The translations under genes were made by a program, and so were the position numbers. Below, one piece after another: positions 28,970-39,210 of a stretch of DNA of 64,000 bases. Under the pieces are notes generated by a model. That model was not told the origin of the DNA and ran no database searches. It saw only the letters and a list, made by a program, of their open reading frames with translations. This DNA comes from Hyphomicrobiaceae bacterium (GTDB lineage: Bacteria; Pseudomonadota; Alphaproteobacteria; Rhizobiales; Hyphomicrobiaceae): NCBI GenBank assembly GCA_020638035.1, contig JACKJI010000009.1:15081-79080 (forward strand), in the 5' to 3' direction. The stretch's first letter is position 1. Each line of letters begins with the position of its first letter.

Positions 28970-29233
28970 ATGCGCAAGAGCAGGTTCCGGGACGAGCAGA
29001 TGGTGGCGATCCTTCGCGAGGCGGATCGCGGGACTGTCGGCGAGGTTGCGAAGAGGCACGGCATCAGCGAGCAGACGATCTACACGTGGCGCAAGCGCTT
29101 CGGGGCGCTGCAGTCAGACGACGTGCGCCGTCTGAAGCAGCTCGAAGCGGAGAATGCGCGGCTGAAGAAGCTCGTCGCCGAGCGCGATCTCGAGATCGAG
29201 GTGATGAAGGAGATCGCCGCAAAAAAATGGTGA
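28970..29233 (+). CDS. IS3-family transposase OrfA (HTH)
   Basis: MRKSRFRDEQMVAILREADRG...TIYTWRKRFG plus a leucine-zipper tail. It ends at the AAAAAAA-TGG-TGA slippery site. Confidence 0.9.
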   Translation: MRKSRFRDEQMVAILREADRGTVGEVAKRHGISEQTIYTWRKRFGALQSDDVRRLKQLEAENARLKKLVAERDLEIEVMKEIAAKKW

Positions 29234-30180
29234 GCGTGCCGGCTCGCCGTTCGCAGGTGGCGTACGCGACAGGGCATGGCCTGTCGCAGCGGCGGGCTTG
29301 CACGCTGATCGGAGTGGGGCGGTCGGCGTTGCGGTATCGATCGACGAAGGCGGAGACGGATGCGCCGGTGCTGGCGCGGATGGCGGCGCTCGCCGCGCAG
29401 TATCCGCGCTACGGCTATCGTCGGATCGCGATCTTCCTCGAACGGGAAGGGCATGTGATGAGCTTCGGCCGCTGCCATCGCCTGTGGCGACTGGCGAAGC
29501 TTCAAGTGCCGCGCAAGCGGCCGAGAAAGCGCATCGCGACGGGCCGTCCGCGCCCGAACGCGCCGACCGGTGCGAACCAGGTGTGGAGCTACGACTTCGT
29601 GTTCGACTGGTGCGCCAACGGTCAGCAGCTGAAGTGCCTCACCGTCACCGACGAGTGGACGAAAGAGGGTCTGGCGATCGAGGTCGATGGCCGCATCCGC
29701 TCGGGCCGCGTGATCGAGGTGCTGTCGCGGCTCGTCTCGGAGCGCGGCGCGCCGCTGTATCTGAGGTCCGACAACGGGCCCGAGTTCGTGTCGCGGGCGC
29801 TGCTGAAGTGGATCGTCGGTCAGGGCATCGGGTGCGCGTTGATCGATCCGGGCAAGCCCTGGCAGAATGGCGCGACCGAGAGCTTCAACGGCAAGTTCCG
29901 CGACGAGTGCCTGTCGCTGGAATGGTTCCGCTCGCGGGCCGAAGCAAAGGTCGTGATCGAGACGTGGCGGCGCCACTTCAACGAGGTGCGGCCGCATTCG
30001 AGCATAGGCTACATGACGCCGGCCGCGTTCGTGGCAAGACTGAAGGAGCAAGACGCAGCGCCCGTGCCGGCGACGGGCCGGATCGCTGCGGTATGTGGGG
30101 CCTCCGCGCTCCGCCCCGTCGCGCAACCGCCTCGCAAGAGGCAAACAGCAAAAGCAACGAGGGCTGATCTCTCAAGCTAA
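29227..30180 (+). CDS. IS3-family transposase OrfB (DDE integrase core), expressed as OrfAB by -1 frameshift
   Basis: YPRYGYRRI, NQVWSYDFV, SDNGPEF, PGKPWQNGATESFNGKFRDECL and RPHSSIGYMTPAAF are IS3/IS407 DDE hallmarks. It lies in the -1 frame relative to orfA. Confidence 0.9.
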   Translation: MVSVPARRSQVAYATGHGLSQRRACTLIGVGRSALRYRSTKAETDAPVLARMAALAAQYPRYGYRRIAIFLEREGHVMSFGRCHRLWRLAKLQVPRKRPRKRIATGRPRPNAPTGANQVWSYDFVFDWCANGQQLKCLTVTDEWTKEGLAIEVDGRIRSGRVIEVLSRLVSERGAPLYLRSDNGPEFVSRALLKWIVGQGIGCALIDPGKPWQNGATESFNGKFRDECLSLEWFRSRAEAKVVIETWRRHFNEVRPHSSIGYMTPAAFVARLKEQDAAPVPATGRIAAVCGASALRPVAQPPRKRQTAKATRADLSS

Positions 30181-30208
30181 ACGTGGTCCGAAGAAATTGG
30201 GCAGGTCA

Positions 30209-30973
30209 CCGCAACCGTTGGTTCTCGGAACTATCGGCCAGCTTGTACTGCTGCCTTTTGCCGGCCTGCTCATCGCACACACGGCCGTCCCCTCGCCAAT
30301 CCTCGCCACTTGTCTACTGCTGCTTGCCGTTTCACCAGGCGGCGGCATTTCGAACTATTACTGCTACCTTGGGCGTCTCAACGTGTTTCTCTCAGCCGCC
30401 ATCACGTTCGTCGGTACGCTCGTTTCATTTCTCACGATACCAAGCTTCATGTGGATCTTCCCGTCACTCGAAGGGCATGCATCTGCATTTGCAGCCCTCC
30501 CTGTAGGTCTCATCGTGAAGCAGCTACTGATCTTGATGGTCATGCCGATGATGATAGGCGTGGCGGTGAAACATAGGTTTCCACTAGCAATCGAGGCCTA
30601 TGGCACACACCTCCGAAGCGCATCGAACCTAGCAATCGCCGTGATCCTTGCACTGGCCGTCTGGTCTGCCCACGCGAGTATTCTCGCGCATTTCAACGAA
30701 ATCCTGCTGATCGCCGCGTCGTTCCTATTTGCCGCCGTCATGATCGGCTGGCTACTCGGCCGAAGCCTCAGCCCAGACTCTCAATCGGTCTTGATTATCG
30801 AATCGGGAACGCGAAACGTGGCCGTCGCTTTGCTCCTCGGTAGCGAGGTTCTAACGACAGAGAGCCTACCGGTCCACGCGGGCTTCCTGTCCGTATACTT
30901 CATCTTCGAAGTCGTCTTCATGATGCTTTTTGCACGCAGACAGGCCCTACGCAGCAGCCCGCTCCAAACATAG
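30209..30973 (+). pseudogene. Bile acid:sodium symporter (BASS/SBF-like) family transporter, 5'-truncated at the IS end
   Basis: GQLVLLPFAGLLIA...LLLAVSPGGGISNYYCYLGRLNV matches BASS core helices. The frame runs straight out of the IS right end. By comparison with family architecture, about 50 N-terminal residues are missing. Confidence 0.65.
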
Positions 30974-31337
30974 TCCAACTTTGGCAGTGAATTTCTCGGA
31001 GGTTGCGATGCTCGATACTCGGGCCATCAGTCGACATTGGCAATTTTCGAGCTTACGTCTCTCCAGCGCCGTCAGTCTCGGCCACGATTTGTAGTCCCTC
31101 TAAAATCGTTTTGGGCAAGAACAGGGACGATCCGAACGCTCGATGCGGACAGAGGGACTGTAACGGCGCATCTTCCGACCCGGTGACGGGCAACGTGCGC
31201 GGCACCATCATGACCTAGCCATTTTGGCGCGTCCAATATCATCCCCATGTCGCAAAATGATAGGTTTCTGCACTTGGCGTTTGCCGCATTCAATGACAGA
31301 ATAACCCAGTACCAATTGAAAATCTGGACTCGGAAAA

Positions 31338-31793
31338 ATGAAATACTCTCTTCCTTTACCTGCGCTCCTTTGCGCAACAATGATGACTATCAGCAGTGCT
31401 GCTTTTGCTGAGAGCGAGATTGCCAAGAAGGCCATTGCCAAAGCTGATGCCATGGTCGACACGGTCATGGACGCATGCGATACAGACCTCAAGAAATATT
31501 GCAGTCAGGTCACCCCCGGCGAGGGGCGGCTGGTGCTTTGCATGATGGCGCACGAGGACAAAATCAGCGATCAGTGTTTCGGCGCGATGTTCGATGCCGC
31601 TGACGGGATCGAGTTTTTTGTCAGCGACCTGAAACGTGCCGCGGACGTGTGTGAATCAGACATCGAAAAACTTTGCGACAAGGTCGAGCCGGGCAAGGGA
31701 CAAATTGCGCAATGTCTCGTCGACAACAAGGCGAAGGTATCTCCCGACTGCGGCGCAGAACTGGCCGACATCGAAGCGCGCCTCAAACATTAG
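31338..31793 (+). CDS. Secreted cysteine-rich repeat protein (bacterial Cys-rich repeat family)
   Basis: Signal peptide, then two units of C..D..K(Y/L)C..V.PG.G.....C.......S..C (CDTDLKKYCSQVTPGEGRLVLC...SDQC and CESDIEKLCDKVEPGKGQIAQC...SPDC). Confidence 0.7.
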   Translation: MKYSLPLPALLCATMMTISSAAFAESEIAKKAIAKADAMVDTVMDACDTDLKKYCSQVTPGEGRLVLCMMAHEDKISDQCFGAMFDAADGIEFFVSDLKRAADVCESDIEKLCDKVEPGKGQIAQCLVDNKAKVSPDCGAELADIEARLKH

Positions 31794-32353
31794 GCACAGT
31801 TGAAAGGGCTCGTGTCGCAAAACGGAAGAAAGATTGCCGTTAGCGGAGATCTCGGCCCTGCATCGCCAGGATTGCGCCGTCCGGCGTGCGGGGGACAAGG
31901 AGATAAACCTCTAACGCTGGCAAATTCCATAAGCCACATCCCCTCGCCCCACGAAATGACAAGGCTCGGCCGGCGAGAAGCCCGGATTGTCCGCTCGCAA
32001 CTCATCACGACCATCGAATGCGTGCTTCATCTCGCGCATCGATTTGAATTGTCAAAAATTTTACAATTCCAAATAGGGATCAAACACTGTTTTTCACAGT
32101 CAGCGCAACCAATTGACCAAATCAAATCGCACCCTTCGAGCCCGACAAAACCCGAACGTTGACATTGGATGATGGCAAACCCGTTGCCTCAGGGGCACTC
32201 GCCCCCAAAAACCTTTGCAGCGACATTGGAATGCCTCACGCGGCAGAAGATTGCCGTCTAAAATGCACCGATTGGAATCGGACCTGGAATTACTGCTCAA
32301 GCGTCCCGAGTTCGCGCGTCCCGGACGCCTGAATCCTCACCTGAGGTCAATAA

Positions 32354-33220
32354 ATGATCAGAAACATATCCAATTGCGCAGTCTGGCTCGCGGGAGCTTT
32401 GATGTGGCAAGCCGCCGCCACTGCCCCGGTCGCAGCCGCTGATTTAGGTGGCGGACCCGCAGACCGCATCGTTGAGGACGCACCTCCGCCCGCCCGTGGT
32501 TGGTCGCTTGATTTCTCCGTGAACGGTTGGCTGCCCTGGATGAAGGGGGACGCCGTTGTTCCGGGCGCTGTGCAGGATGTTGCTGTCAATCTTGACGTGG
32601 CGCCCACGGATGTTCTCGGATCTCTGGATTGGTCCAAGTTGCCAGTCTGGATGAGCTACGTCGAGCTTCGCAACGGTCGCTTTGCGGTCTTCAATGATAT
32701 TGTCTATGCAGCGCTTTCGGATTCGGCTGGTTTCGAAGGCAGGTTCCTGAAGGGCCGTATCAACGCCGACGTTGAACTTGCCATCGTTGAGCTTGGAGCA
32801 AGCTATGCGATTTGGCAGTCCGGTGGAACGGGAGCAAGCGCGACATCCGCAATCGATATTTTGGCGGGCGGCCGGTACTGGTATCAGAGCCTCGCGCTAG
32901 ACTTGGCGGTTGGCAACATCAACGTGGCCCGATCGGGTTCTATCGATTGGGTTGATCCATTCATCGGCCTCCAGTTGCGACAGACGGTTGCTCCCGGACA
33001 ATCACTCCTGGTGCGAGGTGACATTGGCGGATTTGGTGCCGGCAGCGATTTCACATGGCAGGCCATCGCCAAATATAACTTAGAGCTGCGTCGTATCGGG
33101 TCCACGACGATCGACGCTTTCATTGGCTATCGCGCCCTGTCTGCGGACTATACCGAAGGCGGGTTCCAATACGATGCGATCATGCATGGGCCGATGATGG
33201 GAATCACGTCCAAGTTCTGA
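32354..33220 (+). CDS. Outer-membrane beta-barrel protein, unknown family
   Basis: Signal peptide ending AAA-DL, alternating hydrophobic beta-strand pattern, aromatic girdle residues and a C-terminal ...GITSKF. Confidence 0.6.
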   Translation: MIRNISNCAVWLAGALMWQAAATAPVAAADLGGGPADRIVEDAPPPARGWSLDFSVNGWLPWMKGDAVVPGAVQDVAVNLDVAPTDVLGSLDWSKLPVWMSYVELRNGRFAVFNDIVYAALSDSAGFEGRFLKGRINADVELAIVELGASYAIWQSGGTGASATSAIDILAGGRYWYQSLALDLAVGNINVARSGSIDWVDPFIGLQLRQTVAPGQSLLVRGDIGGFGAGSDFTWQAIAKYNLELRRIGSTTIDAFIGYRALSADYTEGGFQYDAIMHGPMMGITSKF

Positions 33221-33460
33221 TCCACGCGAAACAGATCGGCGCGCGAGCACGCGCCCGAGGAGTTGGGTTGTTGCGAGACCGCCCAGTCTGCAGGGCGGTC
33301 CGAATGGGCACAAGCCGAACGGTTGCGATCAACGCATGACCCGCCAGTCCCGCGTATCTTGCCGATTTTGGAAATCGACAAACGTGCGGATCAACATAGC
33401 GGGCCCCTGCCATGGCCAATACTCATTGGCCAAATCCAGACGTGACCTTGCAGGTGCACT

Positions 33461-33973
33461 CTAGTTCAGCTTCAAGGTCAGCCCCGCAATACCAACCGCA
33501 AGATTGATGCCCGTCTGCCCCTGCACACTCAGAGGCTGCAGAACGACGGAGTCTTTGGATCCACCGATCAGCGTATTCGCTCCTGCACCAATACCTATGG
33601 ATGCATCTGCAGAAAGCCCTCCATACTTGCCCGCCAGCGCCTCTCCGGGAAGTTCCGTGGTCGATCCCAGAACTGTCCAGACCATGACGCTTGGGCCCTT
33701 GATCCCGATATCGAGACCCAACTTCGTAATAGTCGCCGTGTACGCGTGCTTGGGATTCTTCTTGCCGGCTGGATTGTAGGAACAGGCCAGAGTCTGTTTC
33801 GATCCGAGGATCAAACCGACCGTACCCTTGCCTTTGCACGTCAGGGTTCCGGCCACCACCTTGTTACTCTGTGCCATTAAGGATGTTGGAGACAGGGCGA
33901 CCAGCGCCGCGCAAATCCCGGCGCCCAGCCAACACCTGACCACATCAATCGATGTTTGCATTTTCATCATCAT
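33461..33973 (-). CDS. DUF992 domain secreted protein
   Basis: Signal peptide. GTLTCKGKGTVGLILGSKQTLACSY...YTATITKLGLDIG...WTVL...GANTLIGGSKDSVVLQPLSVQGQTGINLAVGIAGLTLK matches the DUF992 pattern. Confidence 0.7.
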   Translation of the reverse strand: MMMKMQTSIDVVRCWLGAGICAALVALSPTSLMAQSNKVVAGTLTCKGKGTVGLILGSKQTLACSYNPAGKKNPKHAYTATITKLGLDIGIKGPSVMVWTVLGSTTELPGEALAGKYGGLSADASIGIGAGANTLIGGSKDSVVLQPLSVQGQTGINLAVGIAGLTLKLN

Positions 33974-34015
33974 ACTCCCTACCCTATGCGGAATGAGCAG
34001 TGCCCTGCTCTTGTG

Positions 34016-34470
34016 TTACGTCATCGGTGCCAAATACGAGCGACCTCGGTTGAATTTCGTGTCGAGTGCCTTCAATAGCGAAGCATCACGACCATAGATG
34101 TCTTTGTGGAAGTGCACTCCATCGTCGAATGACGGGTCGACTGTCCAATACAGCAATAACACGGGCAGCGGCTTCGGCAGCGCTATGCTTCGCATTTTCC
34201 CGGTTGAAACGATAGCATCAATCCGGAAATGGTCCCAACCCAGACGGTCCTGCAGTATCAGCTCGGCAAGTTTCAGCATGTCCAGCAGCCTGACATGTTG
34301 ACGACCGAAATGCCATCCAATGCAGACTCGTTGGGATGCCACTTCCGGCAGGTGAAGCCGCGGCCGCCCGACTTCTGCTTGTGGGATTCCGCTGCCGGCC
34401 GGTAGGGTCGCGAAGGCGCGAATATCCTTGCAATATGTCCTGCTCCGCCTTCATCGATGTACACTGAGGC
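34016..34470 (-). pseudogene. YcbB-type L,D-transpeptidase, C-terminal remnant
   Basis: LKLAELILQD..GW....IDAIVSTGKMRSIALPKPLPVLLLYWTV...DGVHFHKDIYGRDASLLKAL is the conserved tail that follows the YkuD catalytic motif. The upstream catalytic region is only recognisable in shifted frames, and no N-terminal domains remain. Confidence 0.5.
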
Positions 34471-35103
34471 ATGACCGAAGACCAAAGACGCTACGCCCCC
34501 GCAACGGCACGCAATCGAGAACCGATCCTGGCTGTCCTGCAATGCCATCTGCCATCACAAGGGCTGGTGTTGGAGATCGCCAGCGGAACCGGCGAGCATG
34601 CCACGTACTTCGCTCAGTCCTTCGGGCCGGGCCTGGTTTTCCAGCCGACCGATCCCGATCCAGCCGCCAGGACCAGCATCGACGCGTGGACGGCGGCACT
34701 TGGCTTGACGAACGTGCACCCCGCCTTCGAACTCGATGCAACTTGCGAAGCTTGGCCAGTCACCGCCGCCGACGCGGTGCTCGCCATCAACATGGTGCAC
34801 ATCTCACCTTGGGCGGCGACTGAGGGGCTCGTGCGCGGGGCCGCCCGGATACTGCCTGCAGGTGGTCTGCTCTATATCTATGGACCTTATCGTTTCGGAG
34901 GGCGCCACACAGCGCCGAGCAACGAGGCCTTCGATACCGATCTGCGAAGCCGAAATCCTGAATGGGGTGTTCGCGATGTCGAGGCCGTGGCGGAGTTGGC
35001 GAGGGCCAACGGCTTCTGCAAACCGATCATTGAGCAGATGCCGGCGAACAATCTGTCTCTGGTATTTCGACGTCTTCCGTACGAGGGCACATTCCAACAG
35101 TGA
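34471..35103 (+). CDS. DUF938 family SAM-dependent methyltransferase-like protein
   Basis: APATARNREPIL..L......VLEIASGTGEH..YFA.....L.FQPTD...INM.HISPW....GL......L..GG.L..YGPY matches the DUF938 pattern. Confidence 0.75.
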   Translation: MTEDQRRYAPATARNREPILAVLQCHLPSQGLVLEIASGTGEHATYFAQSFGPGLVFQPTDPDPAARTSIDAWTAALGLTNVHPAFELDATCEAWPVTAADAVLAINMVHISPWAATEGLVRGAARILPAGGLLYIYGPYRFGGRHTAPSNEAFDTDLRSRNPEWGVRDVEAVAELARANGFCKPIIEQMPANNLSLVFRRLPYEGTFQQ

Positions 35104-35682
35104 CCATCCCCTCCCATATCAGCCCGCATCTCTTCCTCAACGAGGCCCTCACGGAGACAGGTCTTGTGGGCAGCCGGCTGTGTTTCGCTGCGATGACAAC
35201 CCTTCGCCACATGGGCGAGCAGGGCGGAATAGGGCTGACCCAGTCGGGCGCGGTCAATTGCAAGTTCGTCACATGGACCGTCGATCAGTTCAATTGGCCG
35301 GGCTACACGACTGAAGAGCTCTATACCGTGCTCAACGAAGACGACGTCCCGCCGCTCTGCTACCTGCACGAGCCCTTTGCGCTGTGCAAAGCTGATCCGC
35401 CACATCAAGGGTACGGCTCGGCTGACCAGAGCAGGCAAAGCTTTCCTCGATGACCATGGACGTCTCCAGGCGCTGCTGTTCGAGACGTTCTTCACCAAGT
35501 TCGATTTCGCCGCACATGAGCGCTGGCCAACAGAGATGCCAGACGCCGATACGTTTCATTTCCTGGGGGTGATCCGGAACCGGTTGGCCGACTGGGTACC
35601 CTATCCAGAATTCGCCGGCTGGTGCCTCCCGATCGATGCGCTGCCGGCGCAGCGTGGAACTCCCGAAGAAGACGCTACATGA
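35100..35682 (+). pseudogene. Hypothetical gene split by a frameshift near 35380-35400
   Basis: Two overlapping ORFs (35100..35453 and 35377..35682) read as one protein if a single frame change is allowed (...CYLHEPFALCKA / LIRHIKGTARLTRAGKAFL...). Confidence 0.4.
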
Positions 35683-36757
35683 TGGCCTAGTTTTAGGGGG
35701 CTAAGACAGCATGGTCAGTTTTACGGCTTGGATTATGTTGCGAAGTATTGATCCGCCATAATCGGTCCGCACGATTGCGGGTTCAGTCGTGCAATCAGGA
35801 TACATTCAAGCGCCCAACAGAGTTGTTCGCTACTATAAGACCGAAATCTTGGTGCGAACGAACGATGGTCGATTGGTGAGCGCTTCGAGTTGGCGACAGA
35901 CGCCACCGGCAAAGGGTGCGCCGATTGCCATACAGGAGCGCATAGGTCTGTTCGGAACCCGAACATATGTTGAAATTGGCGAGTAATGACCGCTTCGGCC
36001 CAGACTGAGGGGGCTGGACAGCCCGGCTTTTGATGACGTGCGGCCTTGGCGTCTTCCGGTCTGAAATTCCCTTCCGGTAACCGCGTCGTGGCATGGATCG
36101 TTCTCCCCTTGGTCTCACGCCAGGGGAGCTTGCGGAAAGAGTGGTGCAACGGCGTTACGTTGCTCACCCCGAGGGGTTCGGCCACATTTTGTGGTCGAAC
36201 CACCACCTCGCCACCTTCTTCTTCCTCTTGGGCTTACTGTATCCGATTGCGGCTTTCGGAAAATGGTTCTGCCTATGTCGTGGTCAGTTGTGTGGTGGTT
36301 TTGCCGTGCATGCGAGGGCGTCAGCAATCTCGATGGTGCGGCTCGTTGGCCGCAGCTCTTCGGCGGGGGCTCTGCTCCCTGCTCCCCCGGAGTTTCAAAG
36401 AACGTGAGGCGTTGAAGTGTATACAGGTTGAATTGTGGGCAGTGGAGTAGGCGGTGGCAGCAGCACGCGGTAGGTTGGTTCCACGGTACAGCCTGGAGAG
36501 GCGATGACCGTGAACGTGAGGGCGCTCCATTACGCTTCGGCAGGGGCGCTTTCTACTTGCGTTGCGGGGTGTGTCACGGGACGGCAGCTATCAGTTGAAC
36601 GGCGTGAGTGCTGTCCGGAGCCCCGGACAGGTCATGCTGACCCCAAGCCGCTATCCTGCCGATTCGCAACACGAATGTTGCGTGTTCGCATTGAGAACCG
36701 CTTGGCTCTCAATTTGTAGAAATCGAGTTGGCCCGTCCCTACCATTGGATGCGGATT

Positions 36758-38029
36758 TCACTCAGCATAATCAGGTGGCTTTGCATGCCAGCGATAGCCG
36801 GCCTTGCCCTTTTCGAAGCCATAAGCGAACAGCTTGCGCATATAGGCCTTGTCGAATGGTCCTGAGTAGAGTGTCGTGAAATCGTCGCCGATAAAGGCAA
36901 GATTGAATCCAACGCCGTCGCGCTTGGTCTCCAGATAGATACGATAGGAATCGTTGACGCCAGAGCTAGCGATCATCGTCGACACAGTTTGCCCGACAAT
37001 TGAAAGCGTTTGCCTCTTGACGGTATCTTCGGGCGGCGAAAGCCGTCCGTTGCGGATCACATATGCGCTGCGTTTCCTCTTGAGCCCCATCTTCTTGTCG
37101 AGCCACTTCAGGCTGAACGAAGTTGGGTATAGGAATGACTGCGCCACCGCGCCGCCATCGACGTGCATCTCCTGATAGCGGTGGCCGTCAACGACAATGT
37201 CCAGCATCACCGGCGGAAATACACCGGGTAGCGCGGCAGAGGCCATCAACACATCAATGATCAGTTCACGGGCCCGTGGATCGCCACTCTTGGCTAGCGC
37301 GCCGATATTCCAGACGACTGACTGCGATTGGTCGAGATTGGTCGTGGCAATAAGGAGCAGGCGCCCTTTGTCGTACTCCTCGCCGATGCGTCGCACCATT
37401 TCTTGATCAAGATTCCGGGCGATAAGTTTGCGCAACGGGGTCGTGTCCGTCATTGCATCATCGGCGAGTGCGGCAACGATTACAGGGCGCTTGGTGAATA
37501 TGTCTTCGGCACTGACGTCTGTGTAGACCGCTTTTAGCCTCGCATCATATTCGGGCCCGAGAAACGCGAAGGGTGCAGATAGTGCGCCTGTTGAAATGCC
37601 TGTCACGATCGCAAAGGTTGGACGGTCTCCACGCTCCGTCCAACCGAGGAGCAGACCTGCTCCGAAGGCACCGTCATCGCCGCCGCCGGAGATGGCAAGA
37701 TAGTCACTCTGGTTCGGCGGCGAGTTGAGTTGGCCGGCGGCAAGGGCCCTCTGTCCCTTGGCAGCCACCGCGTGTGCAAGCGCCTGAACTTTTTCCTTGT
37801 CACCATTCATGTAGAAGCGGGCATCAACGATGCCGAGCGGCGCGGCTTCAGCCGCCTTCGCCAACGGCACTGCCGGTAGGCGGACGGACGTCGCAGCACA
37901 CCCCGAGACCATTCCGGCCAACACGAACATCATCGAAGCCCACGACAAGTGGAACCACAGTCTCGACGGAATCTGCAATGCGGATCGTTCAACGTGGTGC
38001 GCAACGGCTTTCGTGCAGGCCATTGGCAT
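36758..38029 (-). CDS. Patatin-like phospholipase, probable lipoprotein
   Basis: Oxyanion ISGGGDDGAFGAG and nucleophile GISTGAL motifs, with a lipobox LAGMVSGC. Start is uncertain: ATG 38029 was chosen and the track maximum is 38089. Confidence 0.8.
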   Translation of the reverse strand: MPMACTKAVAHHVERSALQIPSRLWFHLSWASMMFVLAGMVSGCAATSVRLPAVPLAKAAEAAPLGIVDARFYMNGDKEKVQALAHAVAAKGQRALAAGQLNSPPNQSDYLAISGGGDDGAFGAGLLLGWTERGDRPTFAIVTGISTGALSAPFAFLGPEYDARLKAVYTDVSAEDIFTKRPVIVAALADDAMTDTTPLRKLIARNLDQEMVRRIGEEYDKGRLLLIATTNLDQSQSVVWNIGALAKSGDPRARELIIDVLMASAALPGVFPPVMLDIVVDGHRYQEMHVDGGAVAQSFLYPTSFSLKWLDKKMGLKRKRSAYVIRNGRLSPPEDTVKRQTLSIVGQTVSTMIASSGVNDSYRIYLETKRDGVGFNLAFIGDDFTTLYSGPFDKAYMRKLFAYGFEKGKAGYRWHAKPPDYAE

Positions 38030-38064
38030 GCTGCGACTTCCCGTGAATAAAATTCGGTTGCGCC

Positions 38065-39162
38065 TCATCGGCTGATGTAAGTCTTCCACTGACCTTCTGT
38101 AACGTCCCGTCGCTTTCCCTTCGTCGCCGCGTCTTCGACAATCACGTTGAAGTCGGGACCGGAACGTGTCTCCGGCCCAGCGGCGAAATCGGTGACCACC
38201 AATGTAGTTCCGGTCCGCAACCTGCTCGCCACCTCAATGGCTCCCGCTTTGTCGACAACTTCGATCCGACCAAGAGTTTCGTCGTTCCAGCGGTCCAGGG
38301 ACTGACCTTTTCGTGGCTTGCCCGCAAAACCGAATGCTGCCCACTGGATCGAGGTGCCGTCGGGGCTAGGTCCCAGCAGGCTGTAAAGGTGATTTCCCAA
38401 TGGCCGCGTGGGATCTTTGATCACGATCGAAGTCTCGAATTGGATCTTTCCGTTGGTCATCACATAAGCCTTGCGATCGGCGCTGGAGACGAGGATCGTT
38501 GACATGTCCTGGTTCTCCGGCAGCGTCGCGCCCTTCGCCTTCGCAACTGCCGCTTGTGCCGCCTCGGTTGCATCATTCGATAGGATCAGTCCAGGATTGA
38601 CTAGGTCGCTGTGACGAGTCTTCTGGTCGGCGATGATGACCGGCGTGCCGAGGTGGGTCACCGAATAAAGATGCCTGGAGAATTCCATAGGCAGGCGGAT
38701 ACATCCCATTGACGCTGGGTAACCCGGCAGATTCCCCGCGTGTATTGCAATGCCTTGCCAAGTGAGCCGCTGCATGTTTGGCATCGGGGCATTGTTATAG
38801 GTGCTGGAGAAATGCCGCTCTCGCTTTTGCAGGATCGTGAATACGCCAGTGGGCGTTCGCTTTCCCTTCTTTCCAGTCGAGCTGCTGGACACGCCGATCG
38901 CAACTCCATTGCGATAGACGTGCGTCAGTTGCTCCGCAAGCGATACGACGATTACGACCGGACCTTCAGGCGATAGTTCGGGCCGCCAGATATACTCACC
39001 AGGCCGCAGAGACCGAATGGCGGGAGCCGGCTTGTTAATGGAAGCATTGTTCCGAGAGGCAGCAGCCGCATTTTGTTCGCAGGCCAGAATGATGCTGACG
39101 ATGAGCAACAAACTTGCTGCTGTTCGGGTCAGATCGGGAATTGAAAGGCGGGACTGGAACAT
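38065..39162 (-). CDS. L,D-transpeptidase (YkuD domain) family protein
   Basis: Signal peptide. Catalytic IAIHAGNLPGYPASMGCIRLP (H...S.GC.R). Confidence 0.8.
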   Translation of the reverse strand: MFQSRLSIPDLTRTAASLLLIVSIILACEQNAAAASRNNASINKPAPAIRSLRPGEYIWRPELSPEGPVVIVVSLAEQLTHVYRNGVAIGVSSSSTGKKGKRTPTGVFTILQKRERHFSSTYNNAPMPNMQRLTWQGIAIHAGNLPGYPASMGCIRLPMEFSRHLYSVTHLGTPVIIADQKTRHSDLVNPGLILSNDATEAAQAAVAKAKGATLPENQDMSTILVSSADRKAYVMTNGKIQFETSIVIKDPTRPLGNHLYSLLGPSPDGTSIQWAAFGFAGKPRKGQSLDRWNDETLGRIEVVDKAGAIEVASRLRTGTTLVVTDFAAGPETRSGPDFNVIVEDAATKGKRRDVTEGQWKTYISR

Positions 39163-39210
39163 CTACTGGCAGCTCTTGTGGGGTGAATTATCACGTCTAA
39201 GGCAATAGTC

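Larger units (their letters stand above)
28904..30208 (+). mobile_element. IS3-family (IS407-group-like) insertion sequence, copy 1, 1305 bp
   Basis: Ends were defined by comparison with copy 2. IRL is TGACCTGCCCCAGGGTTTTCGGACCA... and IRR is ...TGGTCCGAAGAAATTGGGCAGGTCA (TG...CA termini). orfA and orfB are linked by an A7 slippery site at 29221-29227. The flanks CTGG and CCGC do not form a target duplication. Confidence 0.9.

Noticed and set aside
29080-30144. 354-aa ORF antisense to the IS transposase (and its twin at 44872..45936), plus the 289-aa alternative-frame ORFs
   Set aside because: The DDE transposase frame carries all the IS3 hallmarks. These other frames are Arg/Ala-rich and have no motifs.
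35708-36757. ORFs in the 1-kb gap before the patatin gene (35733..36206 -, 35789..35986 +, 36046..36450 +, 36093..36407 +), and the idea of a structured RNA or group II intron fragment
   Set aside because: The ORFs have no motif, no convincing ribosome-binding site and mutually overlapping frames. I could not find intron domain V/VI-like or other recognisable RNA signatures. The 65-aa ORF at 35789..35986 has plausible composition but nothing else to support it.
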